A stretch of DNA of 64,000 nt, taken from positions 209,857 to 273,856 of the forward strand of contig CAVWFS010000011.1 of the NCBI GenBank assembly GCA_963754315.1. The letters run 5' to 3'. Position 1 is the first letter of the stretch. Each line of letters opens with the position of its first letter. Below the pieces are notes generated by a model. That model had not been told where the DNA came from and made no database searches. It saw only the letters and a program-made list of their open reading frames with translations. The stretch comes from an uncultured Candidatus Rokubacteria bacterium (GTDB taxonomy: Bacteria; Methylomirabilota; Methylomirabilia; Rokubacteriales; CSP1-6). Both the position numbers and the translations under genes were made by a program. Positions 1 through 10,805 of this stretch are shown here, piece by piece.

Positions 1-377
1 TTGCCGAGCACCGTCGCGCCGAAGATCCCGGCGATGAAGGTGCTCGTCTGGACGAATCGGTCGCCGATGCGGATGAAGGCGTCATCGGCTGCGTTGCTCA
101 CGTTGGCGATGTGGATGTTGTTACTCCCCGTCGTCACATTGAACCCGGCGTTGAGCCCGATGGCGATGTTGCTGGAGCCCGTGGTGTTGTGGTTGAGGGC
201 GCCGCTCCCGATGGCGGTGTTTTCGGAGCCCGTGTTGACGACGAGGGCGTTGCTCCCCACGCTAGTGTTGCTGTCCCCGCATACCGCGCAGGGGGGCTGG
301 GCGGTGGCCGGGAGCGCGAACGCAAGGCTGAGCATCAGGGCACACACGATCGTCAGCGACACGCGAATCGATGTCAT
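1..377 (-). CDS. Secreted protein with YadA/tail-fibre-like head repeats (5' part; runs off window)
   Basis: Hand translation after a GAGGAGG RBS: MTSIRVSLTIVCALMLSLAFALPATAQ signal peptide, then NTSVGSNAL / NTAIGSGAL / NIAIGLNAG repeats and IRIG..QTSTFIAGI. Not in the ORF track because it lacks a stop in the window. Confidence 0.8.
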   Translation of the reverse strand, partial: MTSIRVSLTIVCALMLSLAFALPATAQPPCAVCGDSNTSVGSNALVVNTGSENTAIGSGALNHNTTGSSNIAIGLNAGFNVTTGSNNIHIANVSNAADDAFIRIGDRFVQTSTFIAGIFGATVLG

Positions 378-589
378 GAGGGCCTCCTCCTCAGGATTTG
401 GTGGGTGTCGCGATGATAGCCGAGAGTCTCCTACAAGCCACGTGCGCCTTCTGGCGAGACTTCAGGGCCGGAGGAGGGTGTCAGCCATGGGAGCCAACTG
501 CACCGCTCGCCACATGTGGCCCTCGGGGACGTGGGGCGGAAGGAGGGCGCCGACGAGGGTGGTGGTGAGGACTGCGCCGTCGGAGGCGC

Positions 590-800
590 TCACTGGATAA
601 TTTCATCCGCTCGGAGCAGCAGCGACGACGGGATGGTCAGGCGTAAGGCCTTTGTCGTCTTCAAATTTATCACCAAGTCGAACTTCGTGGGTTGCTCAAT
701 GGGGAGGTCGGCGGGCCGGGCGCCCTTGAGAATCTTGTCCACGTAGGATGCAGCACGACGGTGAACGTCGGCTGCGTTCGGTCCGTATGTCATGAGGCCG
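590..800 (-). pseudogene. C-terminal fragment of ABC transporter substrate-binding protein
   Basis: GLMTYGP...[33 protein letters not shown]...[15 protein letters not shown]-terminal part absent. Confidence 0.85.
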
Positions 801-939
801 CGTCGTCGATGTACACGTGCTCGGGCTCGGTCAACAGCAGCGATGAGGTCAACGTCGTGAGCGCATGCGCAGGGACGGTCAGGCCGAAGAGCAGGAACGC
901 GGTGAGAACAACGGACGTGTAGAACTTCGCACGGTTCAT
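790..939 (-). CDS. 49-aa signal-peptide ORF, probably a truncated secreted protein
   Basis: [39 protein letters not shown]...; ends where the ABC fragment begins. Confidence 0.5.
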   Translation of the reverse strand: MNRAKFYTSVVLTAFLLFGLTVPAHALTTLTSSLLLTEPEHVYIDDAAS

Positions 940-1359
940 GAGCACCCTCCTCGGTGGTTGTGAAGTTGAACCCCAAACGGGTTCACTCCCGAGAACGATG
1001 CTGACATGAACCGATTCGCTACTGTCGAGGTATTAGGAACGAGTCGAGGAGCGGTGTTCTCGGGCTCCCCGCCGATGGTGGCAATTTCCAGCGAGCGCAG
1101 CGCGATCAACAAATCTTCCCCGATGTCTTCGAGCCTTTCAATCGCGGCTTCGTCCGGGCCAATGCTCAAATAGTGGACGGCAACGGCGCGACGATCGCGG
1201 TTGCTCCTGCCCAAGCCGTGGGTGAGTAAGGAGCGTTGATCGCGGCTGCGCAGCGAGATCGTCTGTCGCTGAGGCGCTCGCTGCGCAGCCCGCGCCGTCC
1301 CCGCGTCGAGGTTGCGAGATGTTCCGAACGACTGCCGATGGTCTGAGCCTAGCGCTGAC

Positions 1360-1545
1360 TCAAGCTGTCCAGTCCTTATGGTGCACTTCGGTACTCTCAC
1401 CCTTGATATCGCCGAAGTTCCTAAACGCGTTGACCGCGCCGCCCTTCACGTCTCTGCCCTTCCCGCTGGGGAGCGCTAGGTCAGACGGTCTGGTGCTCTT
1501 CTTCCCTGACTTCCTGGTCGTCGTCGTCTTCTTCTTCGGGGTCAT
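1360..1545 (-). CDS. 61-aa double-glycine-leader peptide with Hcp N-terminus-like core
   Basis: RBS AAGGAGGACGACG-ATG; MTPKKKTTTTRKSGKKSTRPSDLALPSGKGRDVKGG|AVNAFRNFGDIKGESTEVHHKDWTA. Confidence 0.8.
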   Translation of the reverse strand: MTPKKKTTTTRKSGKKSTRPSDLALPSGKGRDVKGGAVNAFRNFGDIKGESTEVHHKDWTA

Positions 1546-1579
1546 CGTCGTCCTCCTTCCAGGGTGTCCCACTCAACGA

Positions 1580-1596
1580 GGCATTTCGCATGCCGT
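1580..1596 (-). promoter_or_regulatory. Putative sigma54 (-24/-12) promoter of the peptide gene
   Basis: Minus strand ACGGCATGCGAAATGCC = GG-N10-GC, about 35 nt upstream of the ATG. Confidence 0.5.
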
Positions 1597-1949
1597 CCCA
1601 TCGGTGTGGGTCAACTCCTGATTGTGTCGATGCTTGCACGAACCGCCCGAGAAGTGGCAGCCTCAAAACGAGACCATGGTGGTCTCGAAACGCTTCCCGA
1701 CACGTCGCTGAGGCGCTCGCTGCGCAGCGTCCCCAGAAATGAAACTTAAAACGGGTGCCCGACCTTGGGCACCCGTTCATCGTCTGAGCCGCTAGGAGCC
1801 TCTCCAGACACGTTCTCAGGTCCAGGAGCTACCCTGAACAGGGTCCAGGTCTTACGGCTCTGGCGAAGTCTCGACGCTGCCACTTCACCCGAGAAATCGA
1901 CTTCCAGCCAGGAGGGGGTTCGCGACGGTGAGTACCGCTCGCGGTACCC

Positions 1950-2190
1950 AGCGCGTCGGCCAGCCCCTTGAGCGGCACGGGACCCAGCGACTTGACCTCG
2001 ACGTAGCCCTCGACCAGCGCCAAGGTCTGGGGCGTGATCACGACGGCACCGGGATCGGCGAGCTGCTCCATCCGGGCGGCCAGGTGCGTGGTCTGGCCCA
2101 CGGCCGTGTCGTCCATGTGCAAATCGGAGCCGATGGTTCGGACGACGACTTCGCCCGAGTTCAGGCCCACCCGGATGCGGACGGTGTCGC
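1950..2190 (-). pseudogene. Internal fragment of class III adenylate/guanylate cyclase
   Basis: VRIRVGLNSGEVVVRTIGSDLHMDDTAVGQTTHLAARMEQLADPG; paralogous to 20422-23784. Confidence 0.85.
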
Positions 2191-2809
2191 CGTGCCCGAG
2201 AAGGGCGCGCTGCTGGGCTTCGTGCTGTTCGTGGCGGGCGAATTCACCACCTCGTGGCACCAGGTCAATCCGGCCTGGCTGGCGGCCTTTATCCTGGTCG
2301 CGCTGCTGCTCACCGGGCTGGTCAGCAGGAAGGATTTCCAGCAGAGGATCGGCTGGCCGATGATCTTCTTCCTGCTCAGCCTGGAGGGCCTGAGTCGCTC
2401 GATCAGCTACCTGGGGCTCGACACCGCGCTGAGCGTCGCAGTCGGCGACCGCTTCGACTTCGTCGGCGGCAACCTCGTGTTGTTCATCCCGGTGGCACTG
2501 GCCGTGACGGTGGTGCTGCGCTTGGCGCTGCCGATCGCCGCCGGCATGGTGGTGGCGGCGGTGGTGCTGATGCCGGTGGCCGCGACCCAGAATATTCGCC
2601 CCTGGGTGCTGACGTTCCTGGCGGCCATGTTCAGCGACATGTGGTTCAAACCCTACCAGAGCTCGCAGTACCTGCAACTCGCCTCCAGCGGCTACGCCAA
2701 GTACATCCCCGATCCGGGCTTCCGGCGCTACAACCACTTCATGAATGCGTCGCGCATCGTGGCGGCTTATGCCTCCGTGCCGTACTGGCAATGGCTGGGG
2801 CTGGCATGA
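2190..2809 (+). pseudogene. C-terminal fragment of SLC13/DASS-type permease
   Basis: Hydrophobic helices, WFKPYQSSQY and SVPYWQWLGL, matching the C-terminus of 25575-28061 (WFLPSQTPSY, SVPYWRVLGL); N-terminus replaced by the cyclase scrap. Confidence 0.75.
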
Positions 2810-3861
2810 AGCGGGGCGTGCTCGGCTGGCTGGTGGGCATCTTTATGCTGGCGGCGATGGTGCTGCTGATCGGCTTCAACCTCACCAAGCTGCGCATCCT
2901 GGTGCTGCACAGCGGCGAGCGCAGCAACGGCTGGGACCAGCACATCGACGACGGCATCCGCACCGCGCTGGGCCGCAACCGCCGGCGGGTGTCGGTGCAT
3001 TGGCACTACATGGGCCTGGAGCGCTGTGCGCTCGAGGACGGTCGGCAAGACGCCGCCGCACAGGCCCGGCGCGCCATCGAGCAGCTTCGGCCGCACGTGG
3101 TGCTGGCGGTGGACGACGAGGCGCAGGCCTACGTGGCGCGCTACTACGCGGTGCCGGCGGGGTCGGCGCAGGCGGCCGAGCCGTCGACGCGCATCGTCTA
3201 CGCGGCGATCGACGGCCAGCCGTCCAGCTATGGCTACGACAGCGCGGCCAACGTCAGCGGCGTGCTCGAGCGGCTGCCGCTGGCGGCCATGCGCGAAACC
3301 CTGCTGACGCTGCGCGACGGCCAGCCAGCGCGGCTGGCGGTGATCGGCCCGGTCGATCCCACCGGCGTCGCGCAGATGGAGCAGGTGGAGGCCTTTGACT
3401 GGGGCCCGCACAGCCTGGTGGCGGCGCAGGCACTGCCCGACTTCGCCGCCTGGCAGCAGGCCATCTCGCAGCTCGACATCCAGGCCGACGTGCTGATCGT
3501 CCTGTCCTTCGGCGGCTTGCCCCAGGGCGGCGGGTCGTCCAGGCTCATCGCCGTGAAGGAGGTCGCGGGCTGGATCGAAACCCGTGCCAAAGCGCTGCCA
3601 ATCGGCGTCGACACGGCCTTTGTCGAAGGCGGTGGCGGCCTGGCCATTGGGCCCTCGCCGAGCGAGATGGGCGAGGTCGCCATGCAGATGAGCCTCGAGT
3701 GGCTGCGCGCCGTGGCCAACGGCCGGTCGGCGGCGCCGCCGGCGGTCGCAGGCAAGCACTACCGCGTGGCGCTGCGCGAGTCGGCGCTGCGTGCCCGCGG
3801 CGTGGCGCTGCCCTCGATCTACGTCGAGGCAGCCCGGCTCGACCGCAACGACTACCCCTGA
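2806..3861 (+). CDS. Membrane-anchored ABC-type substrate-binding-like protein
   Basis: ATGA overlap with the permease; N-terminal TM helix, RILVLHS, VVLAVDDEA, NVSGVLE, EGGGGLAI motifs. Confidence 0.7.
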   Translation: MKRGVLGWLVGIFMLAAMVLLIGFNLTKLRILVLHSGERSNGWDQHIDDGIRTALGRNRRRVSVHWHYMGLERCALEDGRQDAAAQARRAIEQLRPHVVLAVDDEAQAYVARYYAVPAGSAQAAEPSTRIVYAAIDGQPSSYGYDSAANVSGVLERLPLAAMRETLLTLRDGQPARLAVIGPVDPTGVAQMEQVEAFDWGPHSLVAAQALPDFAAWQQAISQLDIQADVLIVLSFGGLPQGGGSSRLIAVKEVAGWIETRAKALPIGVDTAFVEGGGGLAIGPSPSEMGEVAMQMSLEWLRAVANGRSAAPPAVAGKHYRVALRESALRARGVALPSIYVEAARLDRNDYP

Positions 3862-3862
3862 A

Positions 3863-3960
3863 CGCTCGCGGCCGCGGGGTGAGCGCGGCCAGGTTCTCAA
3901 GTAGCTCCAGCGGCTCGAACACGAGCTGGCGGGTTCCATCCGCCCACGCCGTCTTCAGCG

Positions 3961-3965
<5 letters not shown>
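3863..3965 (-). mobile_element. IS91/ISCR-family transposase fragment
   Basis: LKTAWADGTRQLVFEPLELLENLAALTPRPR resembles the conserved C-terminal block of IS91-like transposases. Confidence 0.75.
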
Positions 3966-5079
<1,114 letters not shown>

Positions 5080-5116
5080 GATCCCATCGTAAGAGGTCGG
5101 GGCAAGCTTCGCCCGG

Positions 5117-5154
5117 TGAACATGTGTTCATGTATTGGACATATGTGCTACCAT
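5117..5154 (+). promoter_or_regulatory. Tandem palindromic operator and extended -10 of the SorC-family gene
   Basis: TGAACA-TG-TGTTCA (5117-5130), imperfect copy TGGACA-TA-TGTGCT (5136-5149), TG-n-TACCAT (5146-5154) 6 nt before the ATG. Confidence 0.6.
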
Positions 5155-5160
5155 CCGCTC

Positions 5161-6111
5161 ATGATCGACGGCGAGCCCACCGACACCGACCTCCTCGTCC
5201 GCGCGAGCCGCCTCTACTACCTCGAGGAGCGGGGGCAGGCGGAGATCGCGAGGCTCCTGCGCATCTCCCGCCCCGGCGTGAGCCGGCTCCTCAAGCGAGC
5301 GCGGGCGGCGCGGATCGTCGAGATCCGCGTGCGCGAGGCCGTGGGTGAAGACTGGAGGGGTCTCGAGCGACGGCTGGGCGTCAGGGAGCTGCACGTCGCG
5401 CCGGAAGCCGGGATCGAGGCCGTCGGCGGTCTCGGCGCTCGATACCTGGAGCGCACGGTGCGGCGCGGCGACGTGATCGGGCTCACCGCCGGCACGACGC
5501 TCTCGGCGCTCGTGCAGTCCGTGAAGCCGCCGCGGCCCCTCGACCTCGAGATCGTCCCGCTCGTCGGCGCGCTCTGGGACACCGGCGAGGACTTCGACGG
5601 CTCGTTCCTGTGCCAGGAGCTGCGCCGCCGCACGGGTGGGACGCACCGGGTGCTGAGCGCGCCGGCCGTGGTCCGCGACGAGCGGGTGATGCGCTCGCTC
5701 CGGCTCGAGCCGAGGGTGCAGAGCGTGGTCGAGCGGTACGGCGCGGTGCGCTGCGCGTTCCTCGGCATCGGAGTGGTCTCCGCATCCCACCCGGTCGCCG
5801 TCGCGGTGAGAACGGCGGCGATCGGACGCGCCGGCGCGCGGCCGACCAGGATCCTGCCGCGCGGCGCGGTCGCGAGCGTCGGCTGCCTCTTCTTCGACGC
5901 CGATGGGCGCCCGTGCCCCTCCGCGCTCGACCGCCGCACGATCGGCATCGCCCACGACCAGCTCAAGGCGGTGCCGCTTCGCGTGGGGCTCGCGGCGGGA
6001 GCGAAGAAGCTCGACGCGACCCTGGCCCTCGTCCGAGGCCGGGTGCTCGACGTCCTGATCGTCGACACGCCCCTCGCGCGGGGCCTGCTGGCGGCCACGA
6101 GCGAGAAATGA
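5161..6111 (+). CDS. SorC/DeoR-family sugar-phosphate-binding transcriptional regulator
   Basis: RASRLYY..GQAEIA..ISRPGVSRLL HTH; GLTAGTTL, FLGIG, FFDADG, AAGAKK, LIVD sugar-binding domain. Confidence 0.9.
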   Translation: MIDGEPTDTDLLVRASRLYYLEERGQAEIARLLRISRPGVSRLLKRARAARIVEIRVREAVGEDWRGLERRLGVRELHVAPEAGIEAVGGLGARYLERTVRRGDVIGLTAGTTLSALVQSVKPPRPLDLEIVPLVGALWDTGEDFDGSFLCQELRRRTGGTHRVLSAPAVVRDERVMRSLRLEPRVQSVVERYGAVRCAFLGIGVVSASHPVAVAVRTAAIGRAGARPTRILPRGAVASVGCLFFDADGRPCPSALDRRTIGIAHDQLKAVPLRVGLAAGAKKLDATLALVRGRVLDVLIVDTPLARGLLAATSEK

Positions 6112-7377
6112 CGGCCATGCTCGGAGAGCTCTTTCAGTGGGCGCCCGGCCGTGAGGGCTACTACGGCGACTTCGGCGGCGCGTTCGTGCCCGAGATCCTC
6201 CACGAGACTCTCGCGGAGCTGCGCGCGGCCTTCGACGACGCGCGGCGCGATCCGGGCTTCTGGAAGTCCAGTACGTCGAGGTGATGTCGACCTACTCGAG
6301 CCGTCCCACGCCGGTGACGTACTGCGAGAACCTCACGCGGAGGCTCGGCGGCGCGCGCATCTACGTCAAGCGTGAGGACCTGAATCATACCGGCGCCCAC
6401 AAGGCCAACAACGTCATGGGCCAGGGCCTGCTCGTGAAGCGCATGGGCAAGCGGCGGGTGATCGCCGAGACCGGCGCCGGGCAGCACGGCGTGGCCACCG
6501 CGACGATGGCGGCGCGGCTCGGCCTGCGCGTGCACGATCTACATGGGCGAGGAGGACATCGCCCGCCAGCGGCCGAACGTCTTCTGGATGGAGCAGCTCG
6601 GGGCCGAGGTGGTCGCGGTCACCGACGGCACGCGGACGCTGAAGGACGCGATCAACGCGTGCCTGCGCGACTGGGCCGACTCGATGGCCGACACGCACTA
6701 CGTGCTGGGCACGGTGTGCGGGCCGCATCCGTTCCCGCAGATGGTGATGTACTTCCAGTCGATCATCGGCCAGGAGGCGCGCGGGCAGATGCTCGCCGCG
6801 ACCGGCGGGCTTCCGCGCCGGGTGTACGCGTGCGTGGGCGGCGGCTCGAACGCGTCCGGCATCTTCGCGGGATTCCTCGACGACCGCTCGGTCGAGCTCG
6901 TCGGCGTGGAAGCCGGCGGCCACGGGATCGACACCGGCAAGCACACCGCGCGCCTCGCCGGCGGCAAGGGCCGACCGGGCGTCGCTCAGGGCTACAAGAC
7001 CGTCTTCCTCCAGAGCGAGGAAGGCCTCATGCACGACACGCACTCGGTGGCGGCGGGCCTCGACTACATCGGCGTCGGCCCGATCCTCGCCCACCTGCAC
7101 CAGCAGGGGCCGAGTCCGCTTCGAGGCGGCGACCGACGCGGAGGTCGTCGAGGCGCTGCGCCTCACGATTCGGAGCGAGGGGCTCATCCCGGCGCTCGAG
7201 AGCGCCCACGCGTTCGTCACGGCGTTCAAGGAGGCGCCGAGCCTCGCCAGCGGCGACGTGGTTCTCGTCAATCAGTCCGGCCGCGGCGACAAGGACATCT
7301 TCACCGTCGCCGACGCGCTCGGCGACGAAAGCTGGAAGGAGTTCATCCGCCGGAAGGCCGCGAGCTACGGACGATGA
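6108..7377 (+). CDS. trpB: Tryptophan synthase beta chain (three frameshifts)
   Basis: [68 protein letters not shown]; frame changes near 6270, 6530 and 7110. Confidence 0.9.
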
Positions 7378-8170
7378 GCGGCGCTCGAACGGCTCCGACT
7401 CGAGCGCCACGTGCGCGAGCGGCTCGACGCGGAAGCCGCTCCTCCTCATGGCGCACGTGGTGGTCGGCTATCCGTCCCTCGACGCCAACTGGGCGATGCT
7501 GGAGGCGATGGACGACGCGGGAGTGGACCTGGTCGAGCTGCAGCTGCCGTTCACCGAGCCCATCGCCGACGGCCCGTCCTTCGTGAAGGCGAATCACGAA
7601 GCGATCCAGGGGGGCACCCCGTGGCGTGCCTACTTCGAGCTCGCCACGCGCGCCACCTCGCGATTCGGCTTCCCGATCCTGTTCATGGGCTACTACAACA
7701 GCGTCTTCCGCATGGGCGCCGAGCGCTTCTGCGCGAAGCTGGCCGAGGCGGGCATGCGAGGGTTCATCCTCGCGGACCTGCCGCCGGAGGAGGCGACCGA
7801 GCTCAACCTGATGGCCCGCGCGGGCACGCTCGATCCCATCTTGATCATGACCCCGACGAACTCGCCGGCGCGCCTGGCCGAGATCGCCGGACAGGCGTCG
7901 GGCTTCGTCTACTGCACCGCGCGCAAGGGCGTGACCGGGAGGAGGACCGACCTCTCGCAGGGCGTGAAAGGGTTCCTGGCACGATGTCGGGCGGCGACGT
8001 CGCTGCCGCTCGGGCTCGGGTTCGGCATCAAGACGGCCGGCGACGTGCGAGAGCTACGCGGCCTGGCCGACATCGCGATCGTCGGCACCGCGTGTCTCGA
8101 GGCGTGGGAGGCGGGCGGTGCGAGTGGCTACCGGCAGTTCGTGAAGACGCTCGCGGCCGAGACCCGCTGA
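7374..8170 (+). CDS. trpA: Tryptophan synthase alpha chain (5' frameshift)
   Basis: [49 protein letters not shown] overlap with trpB. Confidence 0.9.
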
Positions 8171-8178
8171 GGGGCTGG

Positions 8179-8940
8179 TCACAGGGCGAGATTTCTCGGA
8201 TAGGTCGCCTTGGCCGAATCGGCGCGCCGGAGGTCGATCTCGACCGTCTCGAACGGGCGGCCGGCCGTCGTCTCGGCGAGGAGCTCACCCTCGGGCGAGA
8301 TGATCCAGCTCTGACCGCAGAAGTCGTCGCGATCGTAGGAGAGCCGGTTCGCCGACGCCACGAAGCATCCCGAGACGATCGCCATCAACGACGCGGCCGC
8401 CATCCATCGCCGGTGGCCGCCGGTCGCGCGAGGTGCCGCGAGCAATTGCGCGCCGCTCCGCCCGATCCGCCACGAGAGATCGGTGAAGAGCATCTCCGTG
8501 CACATCTGGAAGCCGACCCGCGCGGATCGAAGCCGGAGCGGCGAGGGGTCGAGCTCTCCCTGATCGAACCAGGCCGCTTCCCGGCCGTCGGGCTCGTCCG
8601 GCAGATAGACCTTGCTGCGGCCGCCCTGGTAGCCGCCGTCCCTCGATCCACGAAAGCCCTGGTTGAGCCGGCGGCCGCCGATCTCGACCGGCCGAGACGC
8701 GAGCACGACGTCGACCCGCAGCTCGACGAGCCTCGAGATCATCGCGCCGTGGTCGGCGAGCGCCCGTTTCCAGACCACCGGATCCAGGTCCGGGCTCGTG
8801 AAGACCGTCCAGTCGACGAACGGCATCTCGGGAAGGGCGAGGACGTCGGTCGGGTGGTCCTCGAGATAGCGAGCGAGCTGTTGCAACGCCGCGTCTCGCC
8901 TGACGCGTTCGTCCGGCAGCTCGCACACGGTTACCCGCAC
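8179..8940 (-). CDS. Carbon-nitrogen hydrolase (nitrilase superfamily)
   Basis: E-K-C triad motifs LPEMPF, SKVYLP, QMCTE; SANR, GQSWIISPEG. Confidence 0.85.
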   Translation of the reverse strand: MRVTVCELPDERVRRDAALQQLARYLEDHPTDVLALPEMPFVDWTVFTSPDLDPVVWKRALADHGAMISRLVELRVDVVLASRPVEIGGRRLNQGFRGSRDGGYQGGRSKVYLPDEPDGREAAWFDQGELDPSPLRLRSARVGFQMCTEMLFTDLSWRIGRSGAQLLAAPRATGGHRRWMAAASLMAIVSGCFVASANRLSYDRDDFCGQSWIISPEGELLAETTAGRPFETVEIDLRRADSAKATYPRNLAL

Positions 8941-9365
8941 GTCGCGTCCTCGCGCAACGCCAGACGCCGCCAGCCGAGGACGACGGCGCTCGCCGCCAGG
9001 ACGACGCTGGCCAGCAGGAGTCCCTCCGAGTAGCCGCCGCCCGTCGTGACCAACAGGCTGACGACCATGGGGCCGCCGATCTGCCCGACCGCGGCGCCGA
9101 GGTCATCGCCGCCATGAGCCCGTCGCGTCCGAACCGGCCACCGCCCGCGCCTCCTGCAAGCCCGCCATGGTGTTCACCATGAAGGTACCGCCGACACCCA
9201 CGGCGGCGAGGAGGATTCCCGCGATGCCCGGGACGACGACCAGCAGCGCGACAGCGGACGCCATCACGAGGTGGCTCAGCATCCAGAGACGGCGGTTGCC
9301 TCCGATTCCAGCGGCGAGCGCCGCCAAGCACGTCGACGCTGCGGCGGCAGCTCCGAACACCGGCT
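8931..9365 (-). pseudogene. C-terminal fragment of YbfB/YjiJ-like MFS transporter
   Basis: FGAAAAAS..VGGTFMVNTMAGLQEAR then a frame change to MAAMTSA..GQIGGP; no N-terminus. Confidence 0.7.
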
Positions 9366-9711
9366 TCGCCTAGAGAGGGGAGCTGACCAGCGCGGGCAGG
9401 ACGAACTGGTTGATTGCCTGCGTCGCCGCCGAGGGCAACGACAGGTGGCGACGGCAGGCCTTTGCTCCGTCCTTTGATCGCGTGCCTGTCGGGCTTCGTG
9501 GATGATCATTTTCCGTAGGCGGGCGTTGCGTCACTGGTCGATGGCACGCGAGAGTTTGCTCTCGCTTCATGCGGGTGGAGGTGCGCGTTAGAATGGTCAT
9601 GTACGTGGGAATCTTCCGACTCAACTTCGTGCCATTGCTGCCGGCTTGCTCAGTGGCTACCGCGCGCAGGCTGCGCTTGCGTGGTTTGCGTAGGACCGGG
9701 ACAGCCGGCTG

Positions 9712-10677
9712 ATGACGCGGCCCGCGGCGAGTTATCGGGTGGCCTCCTTGCTTCCGTCGGCGACCGAGATCGTCTGTGCCGTAGGCGCGGGGGAGGAGCT
9801 CGTGGGGATCTCCCACGAGTGCGACTTTCCCGACCGCGTGCGCCATCTTCCGGCTCTGACCCGCGCGCGGCTGCGACCAGTGAGGAGCAGCCGTGAGATC
9901 GATCGAGAGGTGCGTTCGGTGCTCCAGCAGGCCCTCGCTGTCTACGAGATCGACCTGGTGCGGCTGGAGGAAGTCCAACCTGACGTAATCGTCACCCAGG
10001 ATCTCTGTGACGTGTGCGCAGTCTCGTTCGACGATGTTTGCGCCGCGGCGGCCGCGCTTGTGCACCACCCGATTCGCATTGTCAATTTGCACCCGAACCG
10101 CCTCGACGACATCTGGGCTGATGTCATTCGTGTTGCTGAGGCGCTCGGGCGAGCCGACGAGAGCGCCCGCGTCGTGACAGTTCTGCAGGCGCGCACCGCC
10201 GAGATCACACGACGGAGTCTCGTCTGCCCTCAGAAGCCTCGCGTTGTATCGATCGAATGGCTGGACCCTGTGATGCTTGGCGGGATGTGGATGCCTGAGC
10301 TGGTCGAGAGGGCGGGAGGCATCCCTTTGGTTACGCGACCAGGCGATCACGCGCCAACCTTGACGAGGGAGGAGCTGCACGCGCTCGCTCCCGACGTCGT
10401 GCTGATCAAGCCGTGCGGCTTTCCGCTCGAACGGACCATCGAGGAGCTCTCGTTGCTGCGCACAGCGCTGCCCTGGGAGACCTGGCGTGCCACGCAAGAG
10501 GGACGCGTCTACGTCGCTGACGGAAACGCTTACTTCAATAGGCCAGGCCCGCGTATCGTCGAGTCGCTGGAGATTCTGGCGGCGTGCGTGCACCCGGAAG
10601 CGTTCGGGGACTTTCGCGGCAAGCACCGAGAGTCCGTGATTCGACTGAGCGCGGACGTGACCCCGCACGTGTTCTGA
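9712..10677 (+). CDS. Cobalamin/Fe-siderophore-type periplasmic binding protein (BtuF-like)
   Basis: [59 protein letters not shown]. Confidence 0.85.
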   Translation: MTRPAASYRVASLLPSATEIVCAVGAGEELVGISHECDFPDRVRHLPALTRARLRPVRSSREIDREVRSVLQQALAVYEIDLVRLEEVQPDVIVTQDLCDVCAVSFDDVCAAAAALVHHPIRIVNLHPNRLDDIWADVIRVAEALGRADESARVVTVLQARTAEITRRSLVCPQKPRVVSIEWLDPVMLGGMWMPELVERAGGIPLVTRPGDHAPTLTREELHALAPDVVLIKPCGFPLERTIEELSLLRTALPWETWRATQEGRVYVADGNAYFNRPGPRIVESLEILAACVHPEAFGDFRGKHRESVIRLSADVTPHVF

Positions 10678-10805
10678 GCTTTCGATCCGCATCCGCACGG
10701 TCTGGGCAGCCTCGACCATGGCTCTGAGGGCGGGAATCACCTCGCCCCATGTTCGGGTCTTGAGACCGCAGTCAGGATTCACCCAGAGCTGCGCAGCCGG
10801 GAGGC
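10670..10805 (-). pseudogene. metE: Extreme C-terminal fragment of cobalamin-independent methionine synthase
   Basis: [29 protein letters not shown]. Confidence 0.85.

Larger units (their letters stand above)
1265..1728. repeat. 25-bp exact direct repeat GTCGCTGAGGCGCTCGCTGCGCAGC at 1265-1289 and 1704-1728
   Basis: Read directly. The copies flank the 1360-1545 peptide gene and its promoter; the first copy overlaps one arm of a 14-bp inverted repeat (1244-1257/1277-1290). Confidence 0.9.

Noticed and set aside
1360..1545. Peptides as modified RiPP precursors or part of a T6SS locus
   Set aside because: No maturase or tss genes are recognisable in the window, and the cores lack Cys/Ser/Thr patterns.
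1928..2809. 293-aa ORF as a single gene
   Set aside because: The first about 90 codons are the antisense of a cyclase scrap; only the permease part is real.
6108..7440. Programmed frameshifting in trpBA
   Set aside because: Several scattered indels without slippery heptamers; error or decay is more likely.
9370..9711. Cobalamin riboswitch upstream of the BtuF-like gene
   Set aside because: No B12-box or other conserved cobalamin riboswitch elements could be found by eye.
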